A DNA stretch of 64,000 nucleotides from an uncultured bacterium. Its GTDB lineage: Bacteria; JAHJDO01. Made by a program: the position numbers and the translations under genes. The notes beneath the pieces are model-generated. The model had not been told where the DNA came from and did not search any database. It saw only the letters and a list, made by a program, of their open reading frames with translations. The stretch covers positions 5,400 through 69,399 of the forward strand of contig CAYTGU010000006.1 in assembly GCA_964437505.1 (NCBI GenBank), given 5' to 3'. Of the stretch, positions 47,379 to 56,290 are shown in pieces. Each line of letters starts with the position of its first letter. Position 1 is the stretch's first letter.

Positions 47379-49474
47379 AGAATTTATTGCTTGAGATAGG
47401 TGTAGAGGAATTACCCGCTTCATATGTTAGTTCAGCGAGAGATGATATTACTAAAATTGCCTCTGAGAAGTTAAAGGAGGTAGGACTAAAATCTTTAGAA
47501 CCACACTGCTTAGGAACTCCCAGAAGGCTTGTTCTTTTCATTGAAGACCTAAGTGAAAAGCAGGATAGCAAGGAACTAAAAGTTCAGGGACCGCCTCATG
47601 ATAAAGCGTTTGATAAGGATAATAAACCAATGCCGGCCGCAATTGGTTTTGCTAAGAAATTTGGGCTGAGTGTCAATGCCTTAAAAATAGAAGAGACGAA
47701 ATCAGGGAAATATGTTTTTGCCGAGAAGATTGAGAAGGGGAAGCCAACCAATGAACTGCTCAGGGAGCTACTTCCAAATCTAATAAAAAGCATACCTTTT
47801 CCAAAAACTATGAGATGGGATGATTCGGATGTCAGATTTGCGCGGCCAATAAGGTGGTTGATGTGTTTGTATGGAAAAGATATAATCTCTGTTAAATTTG
47901 GAAAACTTGAAGCAGGTAATATAACTTATGGACATCGTTTTCTTGCGCCTGAGGCAATAAAGATCAAAAGCGCAGATATTGACGAATATAAAAAAAATTT
48001 GAAGGATGCTTTTGTTATTGTTGATCAGCATGAAAGAAAAAAAGAGATAAAGCGAAAATTAGTCTCTATTTTAAATAAGTATAATGGAAGCTCTGATCCT
48101 GATTTTGATATAACACTTTTGGATACAGTAACTGATTTAGTTGAATATCCAAATGTGCTGCAAGGAACTTTCCCTGAAGCATTCCTAAAGGTTCCGGATG
48201 TTGCGCTTGAGGCGGCAATGAAGTCGCATCAGAAATATTTTCCTGTAAAAGATAAACAAGGTTTACTTACTAACAAGTTCGTTTTTATCTCCAACATGAA
48301 GGGTAGCGAAGATAATATCATAAGAGGCAACGAGCGTGTTCTTAATGCGCGGCTTGCTGATGCCAAATTCTTCTGGGATGAGGACAGAAAAACAAGTTTA
48401 AAAGAACGCGCAAAACAGATAATGGAGGCAAAGAATGTTCATCAGTTTGGAACATTGCCTAAAAGAATTAGAGCAATAGAAAGATTAGCGAAAGTGGTAA
48501 ATAAGAATGTGCATGCAGACAAAACGATACTTAAGAAAGTATGCATGTTATGTAAAGCTGATTTAGGGACTCATATGGTTGAAGAGTTCCCTGAACTTCA
48601 GGGAGAAATAGGTGGAGAATATGCAAGGGAGGGGAATGTCCCTGAAGAAGTTAGTTCAGGCATATCCTGTCATTATTATCCACGGTTTGCAGATGATAAA
48701 CTTCCGAACACAAAGGAGGGAAGTGTGGTTTCTATCTCTGATAAAATGAATGCAATTGTGTCTCATGTTATTGGAAATGGGAATGCAATAACCGGCTCAG
48801 GCGATAAATTCGCCTTAAGAAGGCAGGCAATAGGAATTCTTAGAATAATTCTTGAAAGAGAATATGACATTAATCTTGAGAATATAATTAATGAGTGCAT
48901 AAAACTTTATAAAATCAGTGAAGATGAGCATGAGAAGGTTTTTCGACTGGTCGTTGATTTCTTTAAACAAAGATTGAAAAATTATCTTCTAAGCATTGGA
49001 CAGTATAGATATGATTTTATTGACGCAGTTATTAATACTTCTTCTTTTGAACCTACAAAAAAATATGAGATTTTGGAGGCGCTTTCTGATGTTAGCAGGG
49101 GTGATAACTTTGAATCAATAACAACCTCTTTCAAGCGCATTTCCAATATCCTGAAACAGGCAAGAGAAAAGGGAATAAGATTTATTTATTTTAACAAGAG
49201 AAAACTTGTTGAACCTGAAGAAAAGGAGCTTGCTAAAAAGTTTTTAGATATCAGTAAAAGCGTAAATAAATTAATAAAAAACAAAGACTACTCTAATGCA
49301 TTTAGCCAGATCATAAGTATGAGAAAACCTTTAGATGATTTTTTTGATAAGGTTATGGTAATGGATGAAAATCATGATTTAAGAAACAACCGCCTCGCAT
49401 TTCTGCAGGAGATAGAGAACATGTTTCTGCAGCTTGCTAATTTCTCGTATGTTGTAACGGAGAAAAACAGGTAA
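47375..49474 (+). CDS. glyS: Glycine--tRNA ligase beta subunit
   Basis: [40 protein letters not shown]...MV.EFPELQG, LR.NRL. ATG 47375 overlaps the glyQ stop (ATGA). Confidence 0.95.
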   Translation: MKNLLLEIGVEELPASYVSSARDDITKIASEKLKEVGLKSLEPHCLGTPRRLVLFIEDLSEKQDSKELKVQGPPHDKAFDKDNKPMPAAIGFAKKFGLSVNALKIEETKSGKYVFAEKIEKGKPTNELLRELLPNLIKSIPFPKTMRWDDSDVRFARPIRWLMCLYGKDIISVKFGKLEAGNITYGHRFLAPEAIKIKSADIDEYKKNLKDAFVIVDQHERKKEIKRKLVSILNKYNGSSDPDFDITLLDTVTDLVEYPNVLQGTFPEAFLKVPDVALEAAMKSHQKYFPVKDKQGLLTNKFVFISNMKGSEDNIIRGNERVLNARLADAKFFWDEDRKTSLKERAKQIMEAKNVHQFGTLPKRIRAIERLAKVVNKNVHADKTILKKVCMLCKADLGTHMVEEFPELQGEIGGEYAREGNVPEEVSSGISCHYYPRFADDKLPNTKEGSVVSISDKMNAIVSHVIGNGNAITGSGDKFALRRQAIGILRIILEREYDINLENIINECIKLYKISEDEHEKVFRLVVDFFKQRLKNYLLSIGQYRYDFIDAVINTSSFEPTKKYEILEALSDVSRGDNFESITTSFKRISNILKQAREKGIRFIYFNKRKLVEPEEKELAKKFLDISKSVNKLIKNKDYSNAFSQIISMRKPLDDFFDKVMVMDENHDLRNNRLAFLQEIENMFLQLANFSYVVTEKNR

Positions 49475-49506
49475 AAAAAGATATAGAGGAATGGGTCTAG
49501 ATTGAT

Positions 49507-50667
49507 ATGACAAAAAACTTATTAATAACAAATTGCAGACTTTTTAATTCACCACAAAACGAGAAGTCTGTAGAAATTCTTGTCAAAGACGGTACGATTA
49601 CGCAGATTGGTAAAATCAAGAAAAATCCTGCCTGCGAGAATATTCTTGATGCTCAGGACAGGGTAATAGCTCCCGGTTTTATTGATGTGCATATTCAAGG
49701 TGCTGGTGGTGCTTCTGTGCTGGATGGGACAATAGAATCGCTGCAAACCATATCACAGATCTGTGCGCGTTTTGGAACCACAAGTTTTCTCGCAACCACT
49801 GTATTTAAACCTAATATGCGCAATAGATGGCTGGAAGTTGCCGCAGAAGCTGTTGGCTCTGATCTTGGAGGCGCTCATTTACTCGGGATGCATCTTGAGG
49901 GTCCTTTTATTTCTTTGGAGAAAAAAGGCATGATTTTACCTAATTGTATATGTGCTCCGTCTTTGCGTATTTTCAATGAAATACAGAGTATTGCAGGAAC
50001 TAATCTTAAGATGATGACAATCGCACCGGAATTTAACGGAAGCCTAGACATTATTCGTAAGCTTGTTGATTCTAAAATAATCGCCTCGTTTGGTCATTCT
50101 AATGCTTCATATAATGAGACACTCAAAGGAATTGATGCTGGTATTTCACATGTTACTCACTTGTTTAATGCAATGGGCTCTTTCCACCATCGTGCTCCAG
50201 GACCGCTTTTGGCTATTTTTGAAACAGAAAAAATCAGTGTTCAAATTATTCCGGATGGTGTTCATTTTCACCCCGGTGTGTTGAAATACCTGTTTAAAAT
50301 AATAGGCGGAGATCGCTGTATAGCGATTACAGACGGGATGCAGTCGACAGGTCTTCCGGACGGAATCTATCTTTATGACGGACTTGAATATGAATCAAAG
50401 GGTGGAATAACAAGATATCATGACGGCACATTAATAGGTACTTCTCTGAATTTATCTCAATTGGTGCTAAAGCTTAAGGAGTTTACCAATGCTTCTCTTG
50501 ATGTTGCAATAAAGACAGTGACTGAAAACCCGGCAAAACTTCTTGGTATTGAAAACAAGAAGGGAAGTATTGCTGTTGGTAAGGATGCTGATCTGATTAT
50601 ACTGGACAATGATTGTTCTGTTTGGGCAACGGTTGTGGAAGGCAAAATTGTGTTTCAAAAATCATAA
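49507..50667 (+). CDS. nagA: N-acetylglucosamine-6-phosphate deacetylase
   Basis: PGFIDVHIQG, HLEGPF, GHS.A, THLFNAM, DG.H, ITD, NPA..LG, G.I..GKDAD. Confidence 0.9.
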   Translation: MTKNLLITNCRLFNSPQNEKSVEILVKDGTITQIGKIKKNPACENILDAQDRVIAPGFIDVHIQGAGGASVLDGTIESLQTISQICARFGTTSFLATTVFKPNMRNRWLEVAAEAVGSDLGGAHLLGMHLEGPFISLEKKGMILPNCICAPSLRIFNEIQSIAGTNLKMMTIAPEFNGSLDIIRKLVDSKIIASFGHSNASYNETLKGIDAGISHVTHLFNAMGSFHHRAPGPLLAIFETEKISVQIIPDGVHFHPGVLKYLFKIIGGDRCIAITDGMQSTGLPDGIYLYDGLEYESKGGITRYHDGTLIGTSLNLSQLVLKLKEFTNASLDVAIKTVTENPAKLLGIENKKGSIAVGKDADLIILDNDCSVWATVVEGKIVFQKS

Positions 50668-50679
50668 CATTTTTAAATC

Positions 50680-50752
50680 GGGGCAGTAGCTCAGTTGGGA
50701 GAGCATCACGTTCGCAACGTGGGGGTCGAGGGTTCAAATCCCTTCTGCTCCA
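50680..50752 (+). tRNA. tRNA-Ala(CGC), CCA not encoded
   Basis: GGGGCAG/CTGCTCC acceptor with G3:U70; anticodon arm TCACG-TTCGCAA-CGTGG; T arm GAGGG-TTCAAAT-CCCTT. Confidence 0.93.
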
Positions 50753-50777
50753 CTCATAAACGCAGAAGATCAAAATC

Positions 50778-50888
50778 ATGGAATGGGTAAATTCTAATTA
50801 CAGGCTTCCAATCAAATCATGGTGCGGGGATATTGAAAAGGAAGCAATGGCTCAGGCCATTGGGAGTAATAAAGGGTTAACGTTATAA
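50778..50888 (+). pseudogene. Probable N-terminal remnant of an RtcB RNA ligase
   Basis: MEWVNSNYRLPIKSWCGDIEKEAMAQAI, then unrelated residues and a stop; PIKSWC..IE..A..QA resembles bacterial RtcB N-termini (recalled similarity, not searched). Confidence 0.5.
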
Positions 50889-50909
50889 AAAAACAGGAGG
50901 AATAAAACT

Positions 50910-51905
50910 ATGATCGGAGAAGGAATAACAGCGATAAATGAAAAAGTTAAGAAAGAAAGCGTATTTGTTCAAAGCTTAACTGCGGAGATAGGGAAAGTAA
51001 TTATAGGTCAGCAGTATCTTGTTGATAGACTCATGGTAGGGCTTCTGGCAAACGGACATATATTGGTGGAAGGAGTTCCAGGCCTTGCCAAGACAACAGC
51101 AATAAAGACATTATCACAGGCAATAAAAACAAAGTTTCAAAGGATACAGTTCACGCCTGATCTTCTACCCGCAGATTTAATCGGGACACTGGTCTATAAT
51201 CCGAAGGACGGAAATTTCACAACAAAAAAAGGACCCGTATTTTCTAATATCATTCTGGCAGACGAGATAAACAGAGCTCCTGCAAAGGTTCAAAGCGCTC
51301 TTCTGGAAGCGATGCAGGAAAGACAGGTTACAATCGGCGAGAATACATTTAAGCTGGACGATCCTTTTCTTGTTATGGCCACACAGAATCCAATAGAGCA
51401 GGAGGGGACTTATCCTCTGCCTGAAGCACAGATAGACAGATTCATGCTTAAGATAAATATAACGTATCCGAATATGGAAGAAGAACATAAAATACTAAAA
51501 ATGATGAGCTATACGGATAAGAAGATAGAAGTATCTCAAGTTATCGATCCGGCGGATATTATTAAAGCACGTTCCGTAGTTGATGAGATATATATGGATG
51601 AAAAGATAGAGAAGTACATTCTTGACATTGTCTTTGCCACAAGGGATCCAAAGAAATATAAATTGGATGAGCTCAGCGGTCTTATTCAATACGGCGCTTC
51701 TCCACGCGCAAGTATATATTTGACTATTGCTTCAAAAGCCTATGCTTTTATTCAGGGCAGAGGTTATGTTACTCCGCAGGATGTTAAATCTATCGGACAG
51801 GATGTTCTGAGACATCGTGTAATTATAAGTTATGAAGCAGAAGCAGAGGAAAAGACGTCAGAGCATATCATTAAAAAAATATTTGATGAGATAGAAGTCC
51901 CGTAA
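50910..51905 (+). CDS. MoxR-family AAA+ ATPase
   Basis: EGVPGLAKT, RIQFTPDLLPAD, DEINRAPAKVQSALLEAM, ATQNPIE.EGTYPLPEAQ.DRF, GASPRA. Confidence 0.95.
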   Translation: MIGEGITAINEKVKKESVFVQSLTAEIGKVIIGQQYLVDRLMVGLLANGHILVEGVPGLAKTTAIKTLSQAIKTKFQRIQFTPDLLPADLIGTLVYNPKDGNFTTKKGPVFSNIILADEINRAPAKVQSALLEAMQERQVTIGENTFKLDDPFLVMATQNPIEQEGTYPLPEAQIDRFMLKINITYPNMEEEHKILKMMSYTDKKIEVSQVIDPADIIKARSVVDEIYMDEKIEKYILDIVFATRDPKKYKLDELSGLIQYGASPRASIYLTIASKAYAFIQGRGYVTPQDVKSIGQDVLRHRVIISYEAEAEEKTSEHIIKKIFDEIEVP

Positions 51906-51907
51906 AG

Positions 51908-52786
51908 ATGATACCCAAAGAAATTTTAAAACAAGTTCGCCGTATTCAGATAACTACTTCCCGTATGGTTACTGACGTGTTTGCAGGTCAGTACCAAAGT
52001 GTTTTTAAGGGAAGCGGGATGGAGTTTGACGAAGTCAGAGAGTATCAGCCGGGAGACGAGATACGCAGTATTGACTGGAATGTTACTGCCAGAACTGGGC
52101 ATCCTTATATCAAGAAATTCGTAGAGGAAAGAGAATTAACCGTTATGCTGCTTTTGGATATGTCTCTTTCATGCTCTTTCGGGACAGTAAAACAGCTGAA
52201 AAGCAGGCTTGCTGTGGAACTTTGTTCACTTCTTGCGTTTTCAGCAATACAGAACAATGACAGAGTAGGTCTGATTATTTTTACGGACAGAATTGAAAAG
52301 TTTGTTCCTCCAAGAAAAGGATTGAGCCATGTTCTGCGCGTTATCAGAGAAGCGCTTTATTTTAAACCAAAAGGGAGCGGGACAAACATAAAAGCGGCTC
52401 TGGAATATCTTGGTAAAGTTACAACCCGCAAAACAGTTACTTTTATTATTTCGGATTTTTATGATCCTGCCTTTAAAAAAGATCTTTCTATTACAAATAA
52501 ACGTCACGATACCATAGCTGTAACAATAACCGACCCATTGGAGATAGAACTTCCAAACATTGGCATTATAAAACTGGATGATCCGGAAACAGGAGAAAGC
52601 CGCTTAATAGATACTTCCAGAGCCGCTTTAAGAAAAGATTATCATAAAAACTCGCTTCAAAGATTTCATGAAAGGAAAAAACTGTTTCAATCCATAAATG
52701 TAGATAGTATTGATATCCGAACAGATATACCTTATTCAAAAACATTAATTGCTTTTTTCAAGATGAGAGAAAGACGGATACATTAA
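51908..52786 (+). CDS. DUF58 protein (VWA-like, MoxR-associated)
   Basis: G.GMEF.EVREYQPGD.IR.IDWNVTAR, EERE, D.S.S, ISDF. Confidence 0.92.
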   Translation: MIPKEILKQVRRIQITTSRMVTDVFAGQYQSVFKGSGMEFDEVREYQPGDEIRSIDWNVTARTGHPYIKKFVEERELTVMLLLDMSLSCSFGTVKQLKSRLAVELCSLLAFSAIQNNDRVGLIIFTDRIEKFVPPRKGLSHVLRVIREALYFKPKGSGTNIKAALEYLGKVTTRKTVTFIISDFYDPAFKKDLSITNKRHDTIAVTITDPLEIELPNIGIIKLDDPETGESRLIDTSRAALRKDYHKNSLQRFHERKKLFQSINVDSIDIRTDIPYSKTLIAFFKMRERRIH

Positions 52787-53428
52787 ATGAGAAATTATTT
52801 TAAAAGCAGTATTTGTTTTTCAATTGTTCTACTATCTTTATTAGTCACTTCTGCTGCTGTTTGTAAGCCTGCGGAAAATCAAAAACATCCAATAACGGTT
52901 CAGTCAAAAGCTGCATCAGATATTCGAGACATAGAAGGCCCTGTTAATTTACGCCGAAAATGGCCGATATACACAATAATCATATCAGTCGTAGTAGTTT
53001 TGCTTATTATCGGATTATTAGTGTATTTTTTGAGAAAGAAGAAGAAAAAGAAGTCCGATATTTCTCCACGGAGACCGGCTCACGAATTGGCCTATGAGAT
53101 GCTGGAAAATTTAAAAAAGAAGAATTTAATTAAACAGCATAAGATCAAACAGTACTATATCGAATTATCGCTTATTGCAAGACACTATCTTGAAAACAGG
53201 TTTGATATAAAAGCGCCTGAAATGACTACGGAAGAATTTTTGCTTAAGATTAAGGAGTCTAAAGAATTGTTCAGCAGACATAGAGAATCATTAAAGGCGT
53301 TTTTATCGCATTGCGATATGGTTAAGTTTGCTAAATATGGACCGAATGAATCGGAAATCGATTTGAGCTTTCAGTCTGCAAAAAAGCTTGTGGATCAGAC
53401 TAAGATAGAAGTAAAGCAGGGGAAATAA
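52787..53428 (+). CDS. Bat-operon membrane protein (DUF4381-like)
   Basis: Signal peptide, IRDIEGP, one TM, EMTTEE, D.VKFAK. Confidence 0.7.
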   Translation: MRNYFKSSICFSIVLLSLLVTSAAVCKPAENQKHPITVQSKAASDIRDIEGPVNLRRKWPIYTIIISVVVVLLIIGLLVYFLRKKKKKKSDISPRRPAHELAYEMLENLKKKNLIKQHKIKQYYIELSLIARHYLENRFDIKAPEMTTEEFLLKIKESKELFSRHRESLKAFLSHCDMVKFAKYGPNESEIDLSFQSAKKLVDQTKIEVKQGK

Positions 53429-54423
53429 TGACTTTTAGAAATCCATGGGTTTTAACATTCTTGCTACTGCTTATCCCTTTTGTTATTTACACAAAAAGAA
53501 AAGTTAAGTCTCCCGGTTTCAGATTTTCATCAGGGAATTTCCTGCATGGTCTTGGAAGCTCCGCTAAATTAAAGCTGGCGCAGAATCTTATTCTTCTGAG
53601 AGCAGCAGCGATTTTCTTTGTGATAATTGCATTGGCAAGACCCCAGTCGCCTATAGAAGAATCCAAAATTCAAACCGAGGGAATTGATATTGTTTTAGCC
53701 GTTGACTGCTCAACCAGTATGCTTGCAGAAGATTTCAAACTAAATGGGAAAAGACAGAATAGGCTTGAAGCGGTAAAGGATGTAGTAAAAAACTTTATTG
53801 AAGGACGGCAGAATGACAGGATTGCCCTTATTGCGTTTGCTGGGAAAGCGTATGCTGTTTGTCCCTTGACGCTTGATTACAGCTGGCTGCTTCAGAATCT
53901 AAAAAGAGTAGAAACAGGCATGATTAAGGACGGCACAGCTATTGGTTCCGGTTTGGCCTCATCCTTAAACAGGCTCAAAGACACAGAGGCCAAAAGCAAA
54001 ATAGTCATCCTGCTTACTGACGGCAGGAATAACGCAGGAAAAATATCCCCTTTAACCGCTTCAGAAGCGGCTAAGGCTTTAAAGATAAAGGTATATACAA
54101 TTGGCGCTGGCACAAAGGGGCTTGCTCCGTATCCCATGAAGGATTTTTATGGGAATACGGTCTATCGTAACGTAAAAATTGATATTGATGAGGATACTCT
54201 TCGCAAAATTGCTGAAGAGACAAAAGCTAAATACTTTAGGGCTACAGATACAAAGAGTTTGAGAAGCATATACAAGGAAATAGATAAACTAGAGAAAACC
54301 CCAATGGAGGAAAAGGGATATCTGGAATACAATGAGCTGTTTTTAAAATTTTTAATTCTGGGAATGATTTTTCTTTTTCTAGAGATTATATTAGGAAATA
54401 CCATCTTAAGGAAAATGCCGTGA
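53428..54423 (+). CDS. batA: VWA-domain protein BatA
   Basis: IALARPQ, DCSTSM (MIDAS), DRIALIAFAG, GTAIG.GL, LLTDG.NN.G. Confidence 0.88.
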   Translation: MTFRNPWVLTFLLLLIPFVIYTKRKVKSPGFRFSSGNFLHGLGSSAKLKLAQNLILLRAAAIFFVIIALARPQSPIEESKIQTEGIDIVLAVDCSTSMLAEDFKLNGKRQNRLEAVKDVVKNFIEGRQNDRIALIAFAGKAYAVCPLTLDYSWLLQNLKRVETGMIKDGTAIGSGLASSLNRLKDTEAKSKIVILLTDGRNNAGKISPLTASEAAKALKIKVYTIGAGTKGLAPYPMKDFYGNTVYRNVKIDIDEDTLRKIAEETKAKYFRATDTKSLRSIYKEIDKLEKTPMEEKGYLEYNELFLKFLILGMIFLFLEIILGNTILRKMP

Positions 54424-55430
54424 TAAGGTTTGCTCAGTTAAATTTAGTTTATCTTTTGTGGTTGGTTCCCATATTAGCACTATTCTATATCTGGAGTTTC
54501 AGGAAGCATAGAAAAATTCTTCGGCGTTTTGCGGAGGAGTCGCTTCTGAATGAGTTAACTCTGTCTCTGGATATGAGAAAGAGGAGATTTAAAACAGTGC
54601 TCATCATTACAGCGGTATTACTCGGTCTTTTTTCTCTAATGAGACCGCAGTGGGGTTTCCACTGGGAAAAGGTAAAAAGGAAAGGGATTGATATATTAAT
54701 AGCCATAGATACCTCAAAAAGTATGCTGGCTGATGATGTAAAGCCCAACAGACTTGAGCGCTCAAAATTAGCAGTAAAGGATATGATTAAAAAGCTTAAC
54801 GGCGATAGAATCGGCTTAGTAGCTTTTGCAGGAGACGCATTTCTTCAATGTCCTTTAACGGTTGACTACAGTGGTTTTATGCTTTCTCTCGACAGCCTTG
54901 CCACAGATACGATACAAAAAGGCGGAACATCTATATCATCTGCGATAATGGAAGCTATAAAGGTTTATAAAAAAGAACAGAAAAAATATAAGATTCTGGT
55001 GCTTATAACAGATGGCGAAGATCATACAGGAGATCCTGTAAAGATGGCAAAGGATGCAAAAAAAGAAGGCGTAAAGATATTCTGTATCGGAATAGGTACT
55101 AAAGAAGGAGAGCTTATTCCCGTTACAAATAAAGACGGAGGAAAGAATTTTCTCAAAGACAAGGCAGGCAATGCAGTCAAAACACGTTTAGATGAGCCCA
55201 CTCTTCAAAAAATCGCTTTGGATACAGGAGGATGTTATGTGCGAAGCAGTGGGGCGGATTTCGGGCTGGATTTGATCTATGAGCAGAAACTGTCAAAAAT
55301 AAAGAAAAAAGAATTCAAAGAAAAAATGATCCGCCGTTTTGAAGAAAGATTTCAAATCCCTCTTGCAATATGTTTACTGCTGTTATTATTAGAGCCTTTT
55401 ATAAGTGAGAGAAAAAAGAGAAGAATATAA
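54420..55430 (+). CDS. batB: VWA-domain protein BatB
   Basis: RPQWG, D.SKSMLA.D..P.RLE, FAG.AF.Q.PLT.D, ITDGEDH, IG...G..IP. Confidence 0.88.
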   Translation: MIRFAQLNLVYLLWLVPILALFYIWSFRKHRKILRRFAEESLLNELTLSLDMRKRRFKTVLIITAVLLGLFSLMRPQWGFHWEKVKRKGIDILIAIDTSKSMLADDVKPNRLERSKLAVKDMIKKLNGDRIGLVAFAGDAFLQCPLTVDYSGFMLSLDSLATDTIQKGGTSISSAIMEAIKVYKKEQKKYKILVLITDGEDHTGDPVKMAKDAKKEGVKIFCIGIGTKEGELIPVTNKDGGKNFLKDKAGNAVKTRLDEPTLQKIALDTGGCYVRSSGADFGLDLIYEQKLSKIKKKEFKEKMIRRFEERFQIPLAICLLLLLLEPFISERKKRRI

Positions 55431-55432
55431 AA

Positions 55433-56290
55433 ATGAAAAACACAAAACAGGTTAGTAAATTTGTTATTTACAATTTATTACTTGTTGCTGTTTTCTTACC
55501 ACTGTTCACTTGCTCTGCCTTTGCGGAGAGCAGTGCAGGTGTAGTGAAAAAGGCTAATAAGCTGTATAAAAACAAAAAATACGACGAGGCGTTAAAGGAA
55601 TACGACAGGGCATTAACAAAATCTCCGGATTCTGCAGTTGTGAATTTCGATATAGGCGCAGCTCAGTATAAAAAAGGTGATTTTGAGAAGGCGCTTGGCT
55701 CCTTTACAAAAGCATTAATATCAGAAGACGGGAAACTTGAATCTAAGACAAATTACAATATTGGAAACAGTAAATATAAACAGGGGGTACTTAAGGAAAA
55801 TACCGATCTGTCTTCTGCTATAAGTTTATTAAAAGACTCGCTTGCCTATTATAAGAGAGTGATAGAACTGGATGAAAAGAATAAGGATGCTAAATTCAAT
55901 CATAGATTTGTGGAAAAGAAACTAAAAGAATTGTTGGATAAACAGAAAAAACAGCAAAAACAAGACGATAAAGAAGATAAAGAGAAAAACCAGAAGGATA
56001 AGCAAGAACAGCAAAAGCAGAATAAGCAGCAATCCGAAAATAAAAAGCAAAAGAGCAAAGAAGAAAAAGAGTCTGGTTCTAATAATGAGAAAAGAAAGCA
56101 AGAACAAACAGGAAAGGAACAGAAACAGGGCAGTGAATCTCAAAAACAAAAAGCTGAAAAGTCTAAAGAAATGTCTGAGAAGGAAGCAAAGATGCTTTTA
56201 GAGGGGTACAGGCATGAAGAGGAATTAAAAGATAAACTCAAAAAAATAAAACAACAGGGTCATTATCCTGAAGTGTTAAAGGACTGGTGA
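55433..56290 (+). CDS. batC: TPR protein BatC with Q/K/E-rich linker
   Basis: TPRs (A...Y..AL, YN.GN..Y), low-complexity region, C-terminal KDW. Confidence 0.82.
   Translation: MKNTKQVSKFVIYNLLLVAVFLPLFTCSAFAESSAGVVKKANKLYKNKKYDEALKEYDRALTKSPDSAVVNFDIGAAQYKKGDFEKALGSFTKALISEDGKLESKTNYNIGNSKYKQGVLKENTDLSSAISLLKDSLAYYKRVIELDEKNKDAKFNHRFVEKKLKELLDKQKKQQKQDDKEDKEKNQKDKQEQQKQNKQQSENKKQKSKEEKESGSNNEKRKQEQTGKEQKQGSESQKQKAEKSKEMSEKEAKMLLEGYRHEEELKDKLKKIKQQGHYPEVLKDW

Noticed and set aside
55940-56170. A-rich repetitive DNA in batC
   Set aside because: It encodes the Q/K/E linker usual in BatC; no fixed DNA period.
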